The notes under the pieces were generated by a model that was not told the DNA's origin, ran no database searches, and saw nothing but the letters and a program-made list of their open reading frames with translations. DNA of 62,934 bases, filler included, from Octopus bimaculoides (Eukaryota): the NCBI RefSeq assembly GCF_001194135.2. It is 8 parts of 7 records of this genome, joined end to end, with 100 filler letters (N's around TTAATTAATTAA, not from the genome) between each part and the next. Parts side by side here need not be neighbours in the genome. Positions count along the whole stretch, not along the records: positions 1 to 11,045 come from NC_068989.1; positions 11,146 to 22,157 come from NC_069010.1; 6 more parts are not named here. One strand, 5' to 3'. The position numbers and the translations under genes are program-made. Positions 1 through 13,015 of this stretch are shown here, one piece after another (the stretch's first letter is position 1; every line of letters begins with the position of its first letter).

Positions 1-727
1 CATAAAAATGCATGGGTGTATATGGTGCACCCCTATGTCAGGGAAATAGGTTTATAGTGCATTAAAGCTTATGGGAGACCCAACTTTGCATGTAAGACTT
101 GATGTTTTTTGTCTTTTTAAGCAATATTTTTTTTTGGGTGGGGGGGTGCAGGGAAATAGTGTCTTATACACCATTAATTATGGTAATTGTAACAAAGGCA
201 GTGATTACCAACAAAAATATGATAATGACATTATTAAAATGGAAAAGAAAATTTTAAAATATTTTTATGAAATATGATTAAATAATAATTTATCCCTCCA
301 AAAAAAAAAAAAATATATATATATATAAGCCATCCTTGTAAAATAATATAATCAAGTTTCCGAATAAACTCAAATCTTGCCTTGTTAATAATAATTCTGG
401 TGTATTGAAATGTAATATTCTTGTTACATTGTTATACTATAGTGACAATCTATCCTTCCAGTGTGTGTGTGTTTGTGTGTACGTGTGTGTGTGTGAGAGA
501 GAGAAAGAGAGAGAGGGAGAATTTGTTTTGACTGGGTCAAAAACAATTTAATAATGAAATTTAATTTACTTTCAGTATTAAGTAATCAGTTCTTAAAATT
601 GCTTTACAATAATAATCTTAAATCAACACACAAGTACGTGTGTGTGTAAATATGAATGTGCACACACACACACACACACACATACACACACACACACACA
701 CATATATAGATGTATGTATATGTTTAT

Positions 728-778
728 ACGTGCGGGTGACACGTACGTGCGGGTGACACGTACGTGCGGGTGACACGT
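728..778. repeat. Three exact tandem copies of a 17-bp unit
   Basis: acgtgcgggtgacacgt x3. Confidence 0.9.
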
Positions 779-779
779 A

Positions 780-948
780 AAAGCACCCACTACACTCTCT
801 GAGTGGTTGGCGTTAGGAAGGGCATCCAGCTGTAGAAACTCTGCCAAATCAGACTGGAGCCTGGTGTTGCCATCCGGTTTCACCAGTCCTCAGTCAAATC
901 GTCCAACCCATGCTAGCATGGAAAGCGGACGTTAAACGATGATGATGT
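780..948 (+). mobile_element. Retroposon 3' portion (SINE or LINE-tail type) ending in a (GAT)n tail
   Basis: Ends ...gtccaacccatgctagcatggaaagcggacgttaaacgatgatgatg. A near-identical partial copy lies at 1534-1635 and a diverged copy at 2085-2295. Confidence 0.75.
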
Positions 949-966
949 ATACATGTGTGTGTGTGC

Positions 967-1016
<50 letters not shown>

Positions 1017-1156
1017 GATATTAGCTGTCCATTTGTGATTGTGACTGAGGAAGACCATCACTGACCATTTGGAATGTTGTACACTCAGACAGATTTACAC
1101 TTTACACTTATAGCTCAGCTGGTGACTAATGAGCCCAGCCCTTGATAAACACACAC

Positions 1157-1273
1157 CTGGCTTCCAAAGCAAGTCTCCCTCACCCCACGCCCATTCACTA
1201 CACTTGATACACTGCTTCCTGCTGCATATTTCCTTGCACAATACCACCGTTTGTTAGAATCTCTTGTGATACT
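1157..1273 (-). CDS. Candidate orphan exon, product unknown
   Basis: ttttgttcttttag acceptor, cag|gtgtgt donor, 117 bp open in phase 0 (SITRDSNKRWYCARKYAAGSSVSSVVNGRGVRETCFGSQ). No recognisable motif and no partner exon found. Confidence 0.2.
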
Positions 1274-1448
1274 CTAAAAGAACAAAAATGTCTCATTTCA
1301 ATTATGTTTGTCAGCATCATCATCCTTATCATCATTGTTACCACCACCACCACCACATCTACCACCATTCCCACCACTGCCATCATCATAATCAATATTG
1401 AAAGGTTACTATGACACTGCAAATGAACAATATGTGCTTATGTATTTA

Positions 1449-1535
<87 letters not shown>

Positions 1536-1711
1536 AGCCTGGTGTAGCCATCCGGTTGCACCAGTCCTCAGTCAAATCGTCCAACCCATGCTAGCATGGA
1601 AAGCGGACGTTAAACGATGATGATGATGATGATGATATATATATATATATAAACACATATATAAAAACACGTACTCACATTTCTATATATATCTATATAT
1701 ATAAACATGTA

Positions 1712-1742
<31 letters not shown>

Positions 1743-3039
1743 ATACATGCATTCAGATTTATTTTTTTTGTTTTAATTTTTTTTTCTTTTGCAATTCTAG
1801 CTTGGGTTGGAAGGTTTTGTAAATTCTAAATTTTGCTTCATTTTCTCAAGCAAATATTTACAACTAAATATACTGATTTTTTTCTTTTTAATAACTATTC
1901 AGATATAGACTGATAAAGATTAATTCTGTCTGGTATGATGTCAAGTTTTATGTTACTTATTTTTAAATAGCCTGACTGAAAGCAAGCAGAATAATTATTA
2001 ATATATTAATTATTAATATATTTTGATATCTCCTTGCATAAAGTTGTCCCCTCAGTGTTCATAATCTTTCAAACTGTCATGATAGCCTCACTGGTGCTGG
2101 CAGCATGAAAAAAACATACCCAGTATATACTGTAAAGTGGCTGGCATTAGGAAGGGCATCCGGCTGTGGGACCATATCAAAGCAGACACTGGAGCACAAT
2201 GCTGTCTTTGGACCCATTGGAGCCTATCAAATCATTGAGCCCATGTCAGCATGAAACAATAGAACATGGACATTAAATGATGATGATGATGATGAAATAT
2301 ACTGCCTCAGACTTTAAATTCCTTGTCGATAACACTAAAAGATCCACTTGGCACCACCACCACCATCAACAACAATAACACCATTAGCAGCAGCAGCAGT
2401 AGCAGTAATCGCTGCTGCTGCTGCTGCCGTCAGGTAATTTAGCAATTTTAGAACAAAGTTGAGCATCAATATTGTATTATTGCAACAGTTAATTAGTTTG
2501 TTATTGGAGACTTTCCAATCTTAGCTGAACTCATTGACTGTGTGTTGTAAACTGTTTCTAAAAATTTATTCCATGTGAAGCGCTCAGAAGAGGGATAATT
2601 TGTGAATGGCTCAGAAACTTATCTTAGTATTATATGAAGTGAAGGGTTGAAAAATTTGTTTCAGTGTGTGAAGGGCTTTTTTTTGTGTAAAAGACTGAAA
2701 AACCTGTATTTGTATTTAAAGAACTGAAAATAAATTTATTTATTTATTTTGGTGTGAAATTTTTATCTGAATAACAAGGGCTCAAGAATCATATTTTGCT
2801 GTGTGAAGAGTTGAAAAATTTATTCCCATGCATTAAGGGCTCAATATGTATTGGTGTAAAGTGGGAGCTGGGTGTAGTTGAGTTTTTAAATCTATTGAGA
2901 AGTGAAATTTAAAGTCTTTTTTTGATTAAAATGTTTGCTTGAAGCAGTTTCTGAAGATAGAATAGTACTGTAGTTAGTTTAATGTATAGTGGAAAATGGA
3001 GAAAAATTTGTACATTATTGAGGCTAATAGGAATGCAAA

Positions 3040-3365
3040 CCGAGCATTGGCTCAGTGGTTAGAGTGTTGGACTTCCACTTGTAAGGTAGTGAGTTTGATT
3101 CCCAGATCAGGCTCTTGAGAAAGACACTTTATTTCATGTTGCTCAAGTTCAGTCAGCTGTAGAAATGAGTTGCAATGTCACTAGTGCTAAGTTCTATTGG
3201 CCTTTCTCTTTCCCTTGGACAACATCAACGGTGTAGAGATGAGAGGCTGGTATGCATGGATAACTGCTGGTCTTCCACAAATAATTTTGCCTGGACTTGT
3301 ACCTCAGAAGGGAACTTTCTAGTTGCAATCCCATGGTCATTCATGACTGAAGGAGGTATTTACCC
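3040..3365 (+). mobile_element. tRNA-derived SINE (family with ttgagcaagacact-type core), diverged copy
   Basis: A-box (tggctcagtgg) and B-box-like head. Related copies at 7040-7335 (-), 8650-8935 (-), 20600-20760 (-), 40211-40525 (+), 43595-44250 (+). Confidence 0.7.
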
Positions 3366-5258
3366 TTTATTGAAAAATAATAAAATAGTAGTATATTGAA
3401 ATGTTACTATAGAAATATTTAATCTTTCATGATGTTTCGGGTAAATAACCCTTTTACAAAGGCTTCAAAGAATGAGAGAGAGAGAGAGAAAGAGATGTAA
3501 ATGTTTTTAATACTATATGCATGTATATAAATTTCACACACATTCAGAGTCTTCCATATTCTTTAGTTCTGTGATTTAGTTCATGGTTTGTGGCATAAGA
3601 TTATTCCAAGAGATTCTTTAATCAGTTAAAAACAATGTGATAAATGAATAAATAAATAAATGAAATAAAAATAAAAAAGAATAACAGAAAATCTTTGGTC
3701 ATTCTCCAGTGTGAAAGTCTTGCTTAGTTATTTGTAATATTTGTATTTCTGAAAGAACTGTGTTCTTTATCAGAAGAATTCTTGTGATAAAATAAATACT
3801 TGTCTGCTATTGCTCTGCGAAGACTACATAAGAAGATAAATTATATAAATAGAATGAAAATAGGAAAAAATCTTAATAGTGGTGTGTGTGTGTGTGTGTG
3901 TGCTTGCATGTGCTACAGAAAAGTGATAAGGTGACTGAAATGCTATAAAATATCAGATTATTTAACTTATTGTAGTCACATTTTGCCCCTGTATGTTCTG
4001 AGTTCAAATCTTGTTAAGGGTGACTTTGGTGTGTTTCTACAACTTGGGGGTTGGAGTGTCTATCAACTAAATACTAACAATGACCTAAAATTCTTCACAA
4101 AAGTGAATTGGGTTTATGTTACTTTGTTGTATTTTAATTTCTGTAACAAAATTATAAGAAAACTCTTACCAAGAGCTCCTTTCACAGTATTCCTGTTCTG
4201 ATTTACTAGCTGTAGCTTTGGTACTTTACAGAGACCCCTAATCCTTTTTATAAAAGCATTTCATTTCTCACAAACCCTTCCCTGTTAGAGTGCCCCAGAC
4301 AAACTTACATGCAGTTATCTGCTAACCTTACTTATGGTTTCTGTTAAGGCTTGAACTCCTGGCCATTTGATCACTAAAATTAATAACTTATAGCTGTCAA
4401 AATGAGTTAGTAATTTTTATTTTGTATTTTTATTTTTCTCCTTACTGTACATGTGAAAGTAAAATTTCTGATCAGGAGTTCAAGTACAGCCAGAGCCATA
4501 AATAACATCCATAACTTTGGTTGCCTCACTCTGGCACATTTATGACCAGTGTTAGTACTTCTATTGCTACTATTACTCTTCTGCCCTAAAAAGTTAGCCT
4601 TCCACACCTCTCATTCCATCCATGTTACCCTAATAATGACAGTGGAAGCAGTGCTGTTCTCCCTTTTGCAAGGCATTAGTGCTCTGATCCCCGTTTATCC
4701 TAGAGCACTGGAACACTACATTCATCCATATCCCCTTTTCTGACCACCTCTTATTCTCTCCAAACACACTTGCAATCCCTAAACACTCAGCCTTCCTAAT
4801 TTTTTGTCTCCACTCTGTCTTGAGAGCACCTTGTTACCACCATCTTTAATTCTATTTCCAGTTCCTCTCCAATTATTCCATTCCTTGTGAGCTAGCCATG
4901 TATATCTTCTAGGGAAAAAAGGGTTGTTCCTGGTCTTCTTCCATAATCTAACCTTTCAACAATGTGACTGAAGCCGTTTCCCTGTCCATTAAACTCCCAC
5001 TCTTTTGCTTGGGTTTTTTAGTCAGTTTACTATTTTGCTCCTGTGGACCATGCAAAATCTTATATGGACCCCAGTTGAGAGCCACTGATCTAACCAATGA
5101 GAAAATAGACATAGAAGTGCCTTGGGTAGAAGGGAAAATATAAATTTTGCTTCAAATGTGTGTGTGTTTGAGTATGTTTCCAGATTTATGTGCATGTGCT
5201 GTATATGTATGTAATATGAATGTGGGTATGCATGTATGTGTATATGTATGTATGTATG

Positions 5259-5342
<84 letters not shown>

Positions 5343-5611
5343 CACATATATATATATACATACACATATATATATATCATGTGTACATTTATTGGATACT
5401 TCCCATGGCAACTTCATCATAGTCTTTCTGCCACTTTTTCTGAATAATACAAGTCTTATTGATACAAATCAGCCATCATCAGTCCTTGAATTCTGTTTTA
5501 TATGATGTATATAAAAATGTGTGTATGTTGTGTTTTTAATTATTAAAACTCTTCCTCTGAGGAAGGAGCTTTGTTTTTAACAAACATACGAAGCTCCATC
5601 ATTGGAATGTA

Positions 5612-6892
5612 TTGGGTTATCCCATAAATAATGTGTTTTTTTTTTATATATTTCTTTTATTTTTCAAAATTAAGATAAACAAAGTTCTTTTTTAATCTAA
5701 AATATACCCTCCTTCATTTCCTACAATGCACTTCCATCTATCTGGTAGACTTGCAAGGCCCCTCTTCCAAAATTCACTTGTCTGTGATGAAGAAATACTC
5801 CTCCAGTACTGTTCTGATCTCGTCTACAGAATTCATATTTTCTCCGTCCAAATGATTTTGAAGATTGCGGAATAAATGATAATCAGATGGGTCAATGTTT
5901 GGCAAATATGGTGGGTGGGGCATCGTTACCCATTCAAACTGCTCCAGCCTTTGGAATGCCAACCTCACTATGTGGTCAAGCATTATCCTGATGGAAGAAC
6001 ACCTTTTGTCTTGAATCGAAAGAGGGTCGTTTTTCTTCTAGCACTGTCTTCAGCCGCTCAAGCTGCTCGAAGTAGCTCTCCTTTGTTGTCGTTTGGTTTG
6101 GGTCTAAAAGTTCAAAGTGGACTAAACCTTTCATATTCCACCAAACAGATAACAACACCTTACATGGGTGAAGACCTTCTTTAGCCTGGGATGCTAGTGT
6201 TTCTCCTTTCCCTACTCACCATCTTCAGCACTTGACATGTTTATAGAGAACCCATTTCTCATCACCAGTCACTATTTGGTCCATTAAAAAGGTTTATTTG
6301 TGAAACATGACTGCAAAGAAGAGCACACATTCACTCTCTGTGCGTGATTAGACTCGGAAAGTTTGTGAGGAATCCATTGACTCAATTTGCTGACTTTTCC
6401 GATGTCATGCAACTGTCGATGAATGGCTGAATGACCAAATCCAAACTTCTATGCTCCTGCCTCAACAATTACGATAGGATTTTGTTCCACCAGAGTTTGC
6501 AGAACATCCTTGTCAAACTCTACAGATCTTCGAGGATGAGGCTCATCTTATAGGCTGTAGCTTCCGGCTTGGAATTTCTGGAACCACTGTTGACACTGGT
6601 TTACATTTATTGTCTGATCCTCATATACTGCATTAATATTCCTTGCACTTTCCATTGCCTTGTTGCCTTTATTGAACTCATACATATCCTCCTTTGTCAC
6701 TTCCATTATAGCTTTGAAAAAAATGACTGTTAAAATTGAACTGCACTCTTCAAAATTTGCACTAAGAATAAGGGACAAGGTAAAATTACTACCTGCTTTT
6801 ATAGCAAGTTGATGCAGGTAGTTTGTCCCATCCCCCTCCGACTTTTAGTTCATGCAGTTGAAAAAAATCACATTATTTATGGGATGACCCAA
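5612..6892 (-). mobile_element. Mariner (Tc1/mariner, DD34D type) transposon, full length (1281 bp), transposase disrupted
   Basis: TIRs ttgggttatcccataaataatgtg / cacattatttatgggatgacccaa, each flanked by TA (5610-5611, 6893-6894). Minus-strand fragments WIPHKLSE (WVPHEL motif), WWNMKGLVHFELL, FHQDNA, HPPYLPNIDPSDYHLF (YSPDLAPSD motif). Multiple stops and frameshifts. Confidence 0.93.
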
Positions 6893-6973
6893 TAGATAAC
6901 AAAATAATGTCACATTTTAAACTTAAAAAAGGTCATGCAGATATTTACTGTTCCGCTTACTGATGTATGTGTA

Positions 6974-7034
<61 letters not shown>

Positions 7035-7423
7035 GGACTCTCCTGTTGTTACTTGACACATGAGGGTTTGACAATTTCTTACCGAACAACCACACAGATG
7101 ATTTGTTTATAGTGATCAAATGTTTGTGTAGACATAAGCTCACTCCCTCCATCAGATCCACATTACCTGTACAGGTGTGGAATGGGTGCCACATGTCAGA
7201 TGAATAAATCATTGTAGAGCAATGTGAAATGAAGTGCTTTGCTCAAGAACACCATGTAACGCCTGGTCTGGGAATCAAACCTATGATCTTGCAATTATGA
7301 GTGCAACACCTTAACCACTGAGCCATGCGCCTTCACACACACACACACACACACATCTGTAAATAGTGAGGGCTTACTTCAAAACGATTACCAGCTTACT
7401 CTCAGTTGGTCTATGTAAGGCAG

Positions 7424-7459
<36 letters not shown>

Positions 7460-8099
7460 TAAATTAAAGAATTAAAGGTAACGCTATGCAACTTCATTGT
7501 AATCCTTATTATTAATATTGTGTGTGTATATATATGTGTGTGTGTGTGTGTGTGTATACATATGTGTATGTATATATATATATATATATATGTATGTATA
7601 TATATGTGTACGTATATGTGTGTGTGTGTATGTATATATATGTGTGTATATATATGTGTGTATGTATGTGTGTGTATGTATATATATGTGTATGTACATA
7701 TATATGTATGTATTTATATATATATATTTGTATGTATGGTAGTGATATTAAAACTAGTTTTTGGGTTAAGCCCCCCTGCATGTTGAAAGAGGAAACTAAG
7801 TTTTGGCAAGAGGAAGAGCATCTGGTGTATGCCTTAGAAAAAACAAATAAAAGAAAAAAACTGTCCAATCAGTGCCAGCTTGGAAAAGCAGATGGTGATG
7901 ATGATGATGAGGATGATGATGATGATGATGACGTGTTGATATTATGGGATGGCAAGAATCAGTATTTTGGGCCTCACAAAAATACCTTTTACTGCTCACC
8001 TTTGATTCTTTTAAATTCTGGTTACATCCCTTTAAACCCAGGTTGATTTTTGCTTTCCTGACACTTTTAATAATAATAATAATAATAATAATGATAATA

Positions 8100-8646
8100 A
8101 ACAGAAAAAAGATGGTATAGGCACATGCCAGAAAAGGTAACAGAAAACGAGAAAGCAACCATACTCTGGGATATGCCAATACACACAGATAGAGGAATTA
8201 AGGCCAATAGACCAGATATAGTTGTCAGAGATCATGAAGAAAAAAATGCTTTCTAATTGATGTATCAATACCAGCAGATGACAACGTTTCCCTAAAAGAA
8301 ATGGAGAAACTTTCAAATTACAAAGACTTGGAAATAGAGGTAACTCGAATGTGGAATCTAAAAACAGAAACAATTCCTATCATAGTAGGTGTCTTAGGTA
8401 TGATAAAAAAATATTCAGACAAATACACAACAAAAACACCAGGACTTACAAATATATGCAACATACAGAAAATTGCACTACTGGGCACTGCATACATCCT
8501 ACGCAAAACACTTTCAATACAGTAACCATAAGAGCATCACAGCAAACCACAGCACATACCCAAGGCACACAGAGCTGCGCTCGGTAGTGAAGTGAAAGCA
8601 TGCTATAAAAATGAAACTACTGAATAATAATAATAATAATAATAAT
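8100..8646 (+). mobile_element. R4/Dong-type non-LTR retrotransposon 3' end (restriction-like endonuclease domain), 5'-truncated
   Basis: ILWDMPIHTDRGIKANRPDIVV...IDVSIPADDNVSLKEMEKLSNYKDL...PIIVGVLG is the PD..D / E-K..KY RLE pattern. (TAA)n lies on both sides. Confidence 0.88.
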
Positions 8647-8937
8647 GGGTTCTCCCATTAATGACGATGTATGAGTGTTCAGTTCTTGCTGAATGACCTG
8701 CCTAAATCATTTGTTTATAGTGATCAAATGTTTGTGTTCACATAAGCTCATTCCTTCCATCAAATCAATATTACCTGTATAGGTGTGGAAGTGTGCCAGA
8801 TGTTGAAATGATTGCAGAGCAATGCAAAATGAAGTGTTTTGCTGAAGAACATAACGGTGCTGCTCAGTCTGGGAATCAAACCCATGATCTAGTGATCCTG
8901 AGTGTAACACCCAAACCACGAGGCCATGTATCTTCAC

Positions 8938-8977
<40 letters not shown>

Positions 8978-9169
8978 TAATGATTTCATTTATTTGCCAC
9001 GAGGGGGGAGGACGAGGGGGAACAATACAGAGACAGACATAAATTGTGGGGGTTTACATATAATAATGAAATGATAAATATAAGTATACATGGTATACAC
9101 TGGGAAAGAGGAGACATGCATAGCATACAGAAGTACAAACAAAAAAATAATAATAATCTTTTTTACTAA

Positions 9170-9689
9170 AGGCACAAGGCCCGAAATTTGGTGGGAGAGG
9201 TCAAGTCAACTACATCAATTGCAGTGTTTTACTGGTACTCAATCTATCGCCCCGAAATGATGAAAGGCAAAGTTGACCTCATTGGAATCTGAACTCAGGA
9301 ATTACGAAGTTGAAAGGTGGAAGAAATAACACAAGGCATTTTGTTTGCTGTTTGCAATGATTATGCCAACTGGCCACAGTCTAATTGACAGAAATTAGTG
9401 AGAGATAACAGATAAAAAGATACGATCCAGCAATTTTTTTCTGCCTTTACATTCTGAAATCAAATTCCGCTGAGGTCAACTTTGCCTTTCATCCTTTTGG
9501 GGTGGATAAAATAAGTTCCAGTTTAGCATTGGGGTTGATATTTTCAAGTACCCACTTCCCTCTGTTTGCTGGTTTTGCACCAAAATTTGAAACCATTATT
9601 ATTATTGTTATTATTATTATTATTATTATTGTTGTTGTTTTTTTTCTACTTCAAATTTTCTTTCCATACACCTAGGGCAGAGAAGCTCA

Positions 9690-9735
<46 letters not shown>

Positions 9736-10200
9736 GGTGGTGAGCTGGCAAAATTGTTAGTGCGTTGGGTGAAATGCTTAGCAGTATTTCGCCTGTTGGT
9801 ATGTTCTGAGTTCAAATTCCGCCGAGGTCAACTTTACCTTTCATCCTTTCAGGGTCGATAATATAAGTACCAGTTTCGCGCACTGGGGGGGTCGATGTAA
9901 TCGACTCATCCCCCCCCCCCCTCAAAATTGCTGCTCTTGTGGAAAAATTTGAAATTATTATTATTATTATTATTGTTATCGTTATTAAGGCAGCGAGCTG
10001 GCACAATCGTTAGCACACCAGGTGAAATGCTTAGTGGTATTTCGTCCATCTTTATGTTCTGAGATCAAATTCCGCAGAGGTCGACTTTACCTATCATCCC
10101 TTTCGGGGTCGATAAATTAAGTACCGGTTGCATACTGGGGTCGATCTAATCAACTGGGTCCCTCACCCAAATTTCAGGCCTTGTGCCTATAGTAGAAAGG
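9170..10200. mobile_element. Cluster of tRNA-derived SINEs with a central gaggtcgactttgcctttcatcctttcggggtcgataaa domain (Nin/Deu-like)
   Basis: Copies at about 9170-9380 (-), 9430-9590 (+), 9733-9957 (+), 9987-10200 (+), separated by (TTA)n. Further copies at 11296-11485, 37807-38024, 39530-39740, 40828-41155, 50108-50311, 50907-51335. Domain name is from memory of SINE superfamilies. Confidence 0.85.
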
Positions 10201-10202
10201 AC

Positions 10203-10247
<45 letters not shown>

Positions 10248-10700
10248 CTTCTGATTTATCTATGTCACATCTCAGTTTTATTCCACAGCTTAGAGACGCA
10301 ACACGTTCCTCAACACATGACCTGTTCCAAGTATTGCTTTCAACTGAATACTTCCTATGAAATTCTGGTATTTGCAGCTTTTGATACCAGAATGTTACTC
10401 TTTTTGAGTTGATCCCAAGGGCACCGATCACAACAGGTACCACACTCACTTGTGAAACTCTATGGATTCTTTCACTTCCAATCCTAGGTCTTGGTACTTT
10501 CTGACTTTCTCATCCTCTGTCTTCGCAATATTCTGGTCTGTTGTTGTTCTTGTTATCATTTGTAAGGTACCGTGTGGCCAGGATTCTGAGTGTTCGACTA
10601 TAAAGAAAGGAATTGTCTTGCAAAATATTTTAGTTCCGTCCTTCTAATTTTCATGTTCCCAAGTCCTGCTGGGTGTAGGGGCTTTACTTTGACACTATTA
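10203..10700 (-). mobile_element. Second, divergent R4/Dong-type LINE 3' end, decayed
   Basis: Minus-strand NIAKTEDEKVRKYQDLGLEV and VVPVVIGALG, followed by a (TAA)n tail at 10203-10246. Confidence 0.7.
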
Positions 10701-10811
10701 TCATTGATAAAAAGTATGAATCAAAATTAATGCATGTGTGTGTGTGTGTGTTTTTGGTGAGGAAAGGGGTCAATTTCCTTTCTCCGACTGCCCCTGTGTG
10801 TGTGTATGTGT

Positions 10812-10855
<44 letters not shown>

Positions 10856-10990
10856 GGCCTTGTGCCTATGGTTAAAAAACAGATCCTTTTTGTTTTGGAA
10901 TTTTGTTCCCTACAGACACATTTTCAACTCCCTGTCAGTCTCATTTCCTCTTATTACTTTGCCATGATATGTAAAAAAAAGAATCAAAAT

Positions 10991-11022
<32 letters not shown>

Positions 11023-11045
11023 GAGTTCATGTTTTGTCAAGGTTG

Positions 11046-11145
11046 NNNNNNNNNNNNNNNNNNNNNNNNNNNNNNNNNNNNNNNNNNNNTTAATTAATTA
11101 ANNNNNNNNNNNNNNNNNNNNNNNNNNNNNNNNNNNNNNNNNNNN
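11046..11145. other. Artificial contig-join spacer (44 N + TTAATTAATTAA + 44 N)
   Basis: The same 12-mer, which has stops in all six frames, sits at 11090, 22202, 31555, 42912, 45042, 51805 and 57782, always centred in a 100-bp N block. Confidence 0.97.
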
Positions 11146-12480
11146 AGGTTAATAAAAAAATAAACGTTAAATAAACCTATCTTAGTTGTGGAAACTATTC
11201 TTACTCGCTACACCTATGCCATGTCCGGTTATATTACGGTGCCAATGTAACAAACCATAATTATTAATGATATGTGTCAAGATTGCAAAGCGATGAGCTA
11301 GCAAAATCGTTGGCACGCCGGGCATTCTGTCTGTCTTTACGTTCTAAGTTCAAATTCCGCCAACGTCAACATTGCCTTGCATCATTTTGCGTCGATAAAA
11401 TGCGTACCAGTCATACAATGTTGTCGATGAAATCGAATTACCCTTTGCTCCGAAATTGTTAGCCGTGTGCCGAAATTCGAAACCAGTATGTGTCAACATT
11501 TTACCTATAAACACGCACACACGATCAGATACAAATGTGTACCCTTAATGCTCTCAGTTTAACATCTTATACATGTTTCATGTTTCTGTATCGCCCACTT
11601 AGCTGCCAGAGCATAAGGTTCTTTCATAATTTATTTTATGGTTTTGTAAAGCTACCTCGTAAAATTTATTATTATTGAGAGTGTAACGGTTGATGTTTTT
11701 GTGTTGTGTAGTCGATGTGCCACCCATTGTAACGATAAGTATTATTTACCAATTGTACTGGTTATAAGATNNNNNNNNNNTACCAATTGTACTGGTTATA
11801 AGATGAACGATGAAGATGATCAACATTTTTTAAGAAAAGATTTATTTACCGTTACTTTGATAGTTGACATACCACGACGGGTAGGTTAGTGTAATAGTAT
11901 AACAGTTTATACGTAAAGCATGCAAGGTAAAGAATTTCGGCCTGTATCTGTATGTACGCTTTTTGATAGTAGTATTTATATATAGAGAGAGATGGTAGTG
12001 TTAAAGAGAAAAGGANNNNNNNNNNNNNNNNNNNNNNNNTGTGCGATGTTGTCTCACAGTGGCTGACAGTAAACTTCTTTCTCCCTCTGACCGTTTGTCT
12101 TTTAGGGGCCGCCTGCTTGTGTCCATGGCTCCAGATGTCCAGTCGTCACCGACTGGTGACTAAGCTGTTGAGTCGTCACCGANNNNNNNNNNACCGACTG
12201 GTGACTAAGCTGTTGAGTCGTCACCGACTGGTGACTAAAAAGGAAACTTTGCTTGGAGGTCTCCTGTTTTTATAGCTATCGAGAAGGGTAGTCTTGTTTA
12301 TCTCTATTCTAGATTTGATGGAGTAGAAGAGGTCAGCAAGGGTCAAGTGGTGGAGACACCGCTTCGGCCTANNNNNNNNNNNNNNNNNNNNNNNNNNNNN
12401 NNNNNNNNNNNNNNNNNNNNNNNNNNNNNNNNNNNNNNNNNNNNNNNNNNNNNNNNNNNNNNNNNCAAATTTGGGTATAG

Positions 12481-12572
12481 TGGATCGAATCCACTTCACG
12501 CCTGCAAGATTCCTACATCACTCTCCTCGCCATGAAGTAGGACTCTTGCAGGCGTGAAGTGGATTCGATCCA
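12481..12572. repeat. Inverted repeat / hairpin, 36-bp arms with one mismatch, 20-nt loop
   Basis: tggatcgaatccacttcacgcctgcaagattcctac pairs with gtaggactcttgcaggcgtgaagtggattcgatcca. Confidence 0.95.
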
Positions 12573-12987
12573 ATGGGGAAGATCTATTTCAAAAGTTTTG
12601 AACCAAGAGAAAATATTAAAAATGAAGATATTATTGAGCAGGTACATTATATACTAAGTCACCGTGCTTCTACTTTGTTTGACTAAGTGTCATATTCATA
12701 AAGGAGAGAAAATAGCCGATGTAACTTTTATAAAGAGGAAAGACAACTCATCCCAGATAACATCTAACCTAGATTTTTCAGTTATATTCGCTGAAAGAAA
12801 TGCTTTATTCCATGATATACTTTANNNNNNNNNNCGCTGAAAGAAATGCTTTATTCCATGATATACTTTAAACACTGTTGCATACTACACCAATAAATAT
12901 TTTCTTGATTGTTGAAATGATTTCCAAATACACTGTCAATATAAACTTAATATTGATTTCACTACATCAACATTATTCAGCCCCTTA

Positions 12988-13015
12988 TCATATAGATTTT
13001 TTTCGCTTCATATTC
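12988..13015 (-). CDS. Probable terminal coding exon of the EGF-TM gene (short basic cytoplasmic tail)
   Basis: tgtttcag acceptor. Phase 2 completes TG+G=W, then NMKRKKSI-stop, a typical positive-inside stop-transfer cluster after the TM helix. Confidence 0.45.

Noticed and set aside
3695-3760. HTGE C2H2 zinc-finger linker on the minus strand
   Set aside because: Immediately followed by a stop; no C-x2-C or H-x3-H spacing in frame.
5022-5505. Long ORFs such as [20 protein letters not shown], poly-N/I/L and poly-X throughout the ORF track
   Set aside because: Translations of (TA)n, (CA)n, (TATC)n, (TAA)n microsatellites or N gaps.
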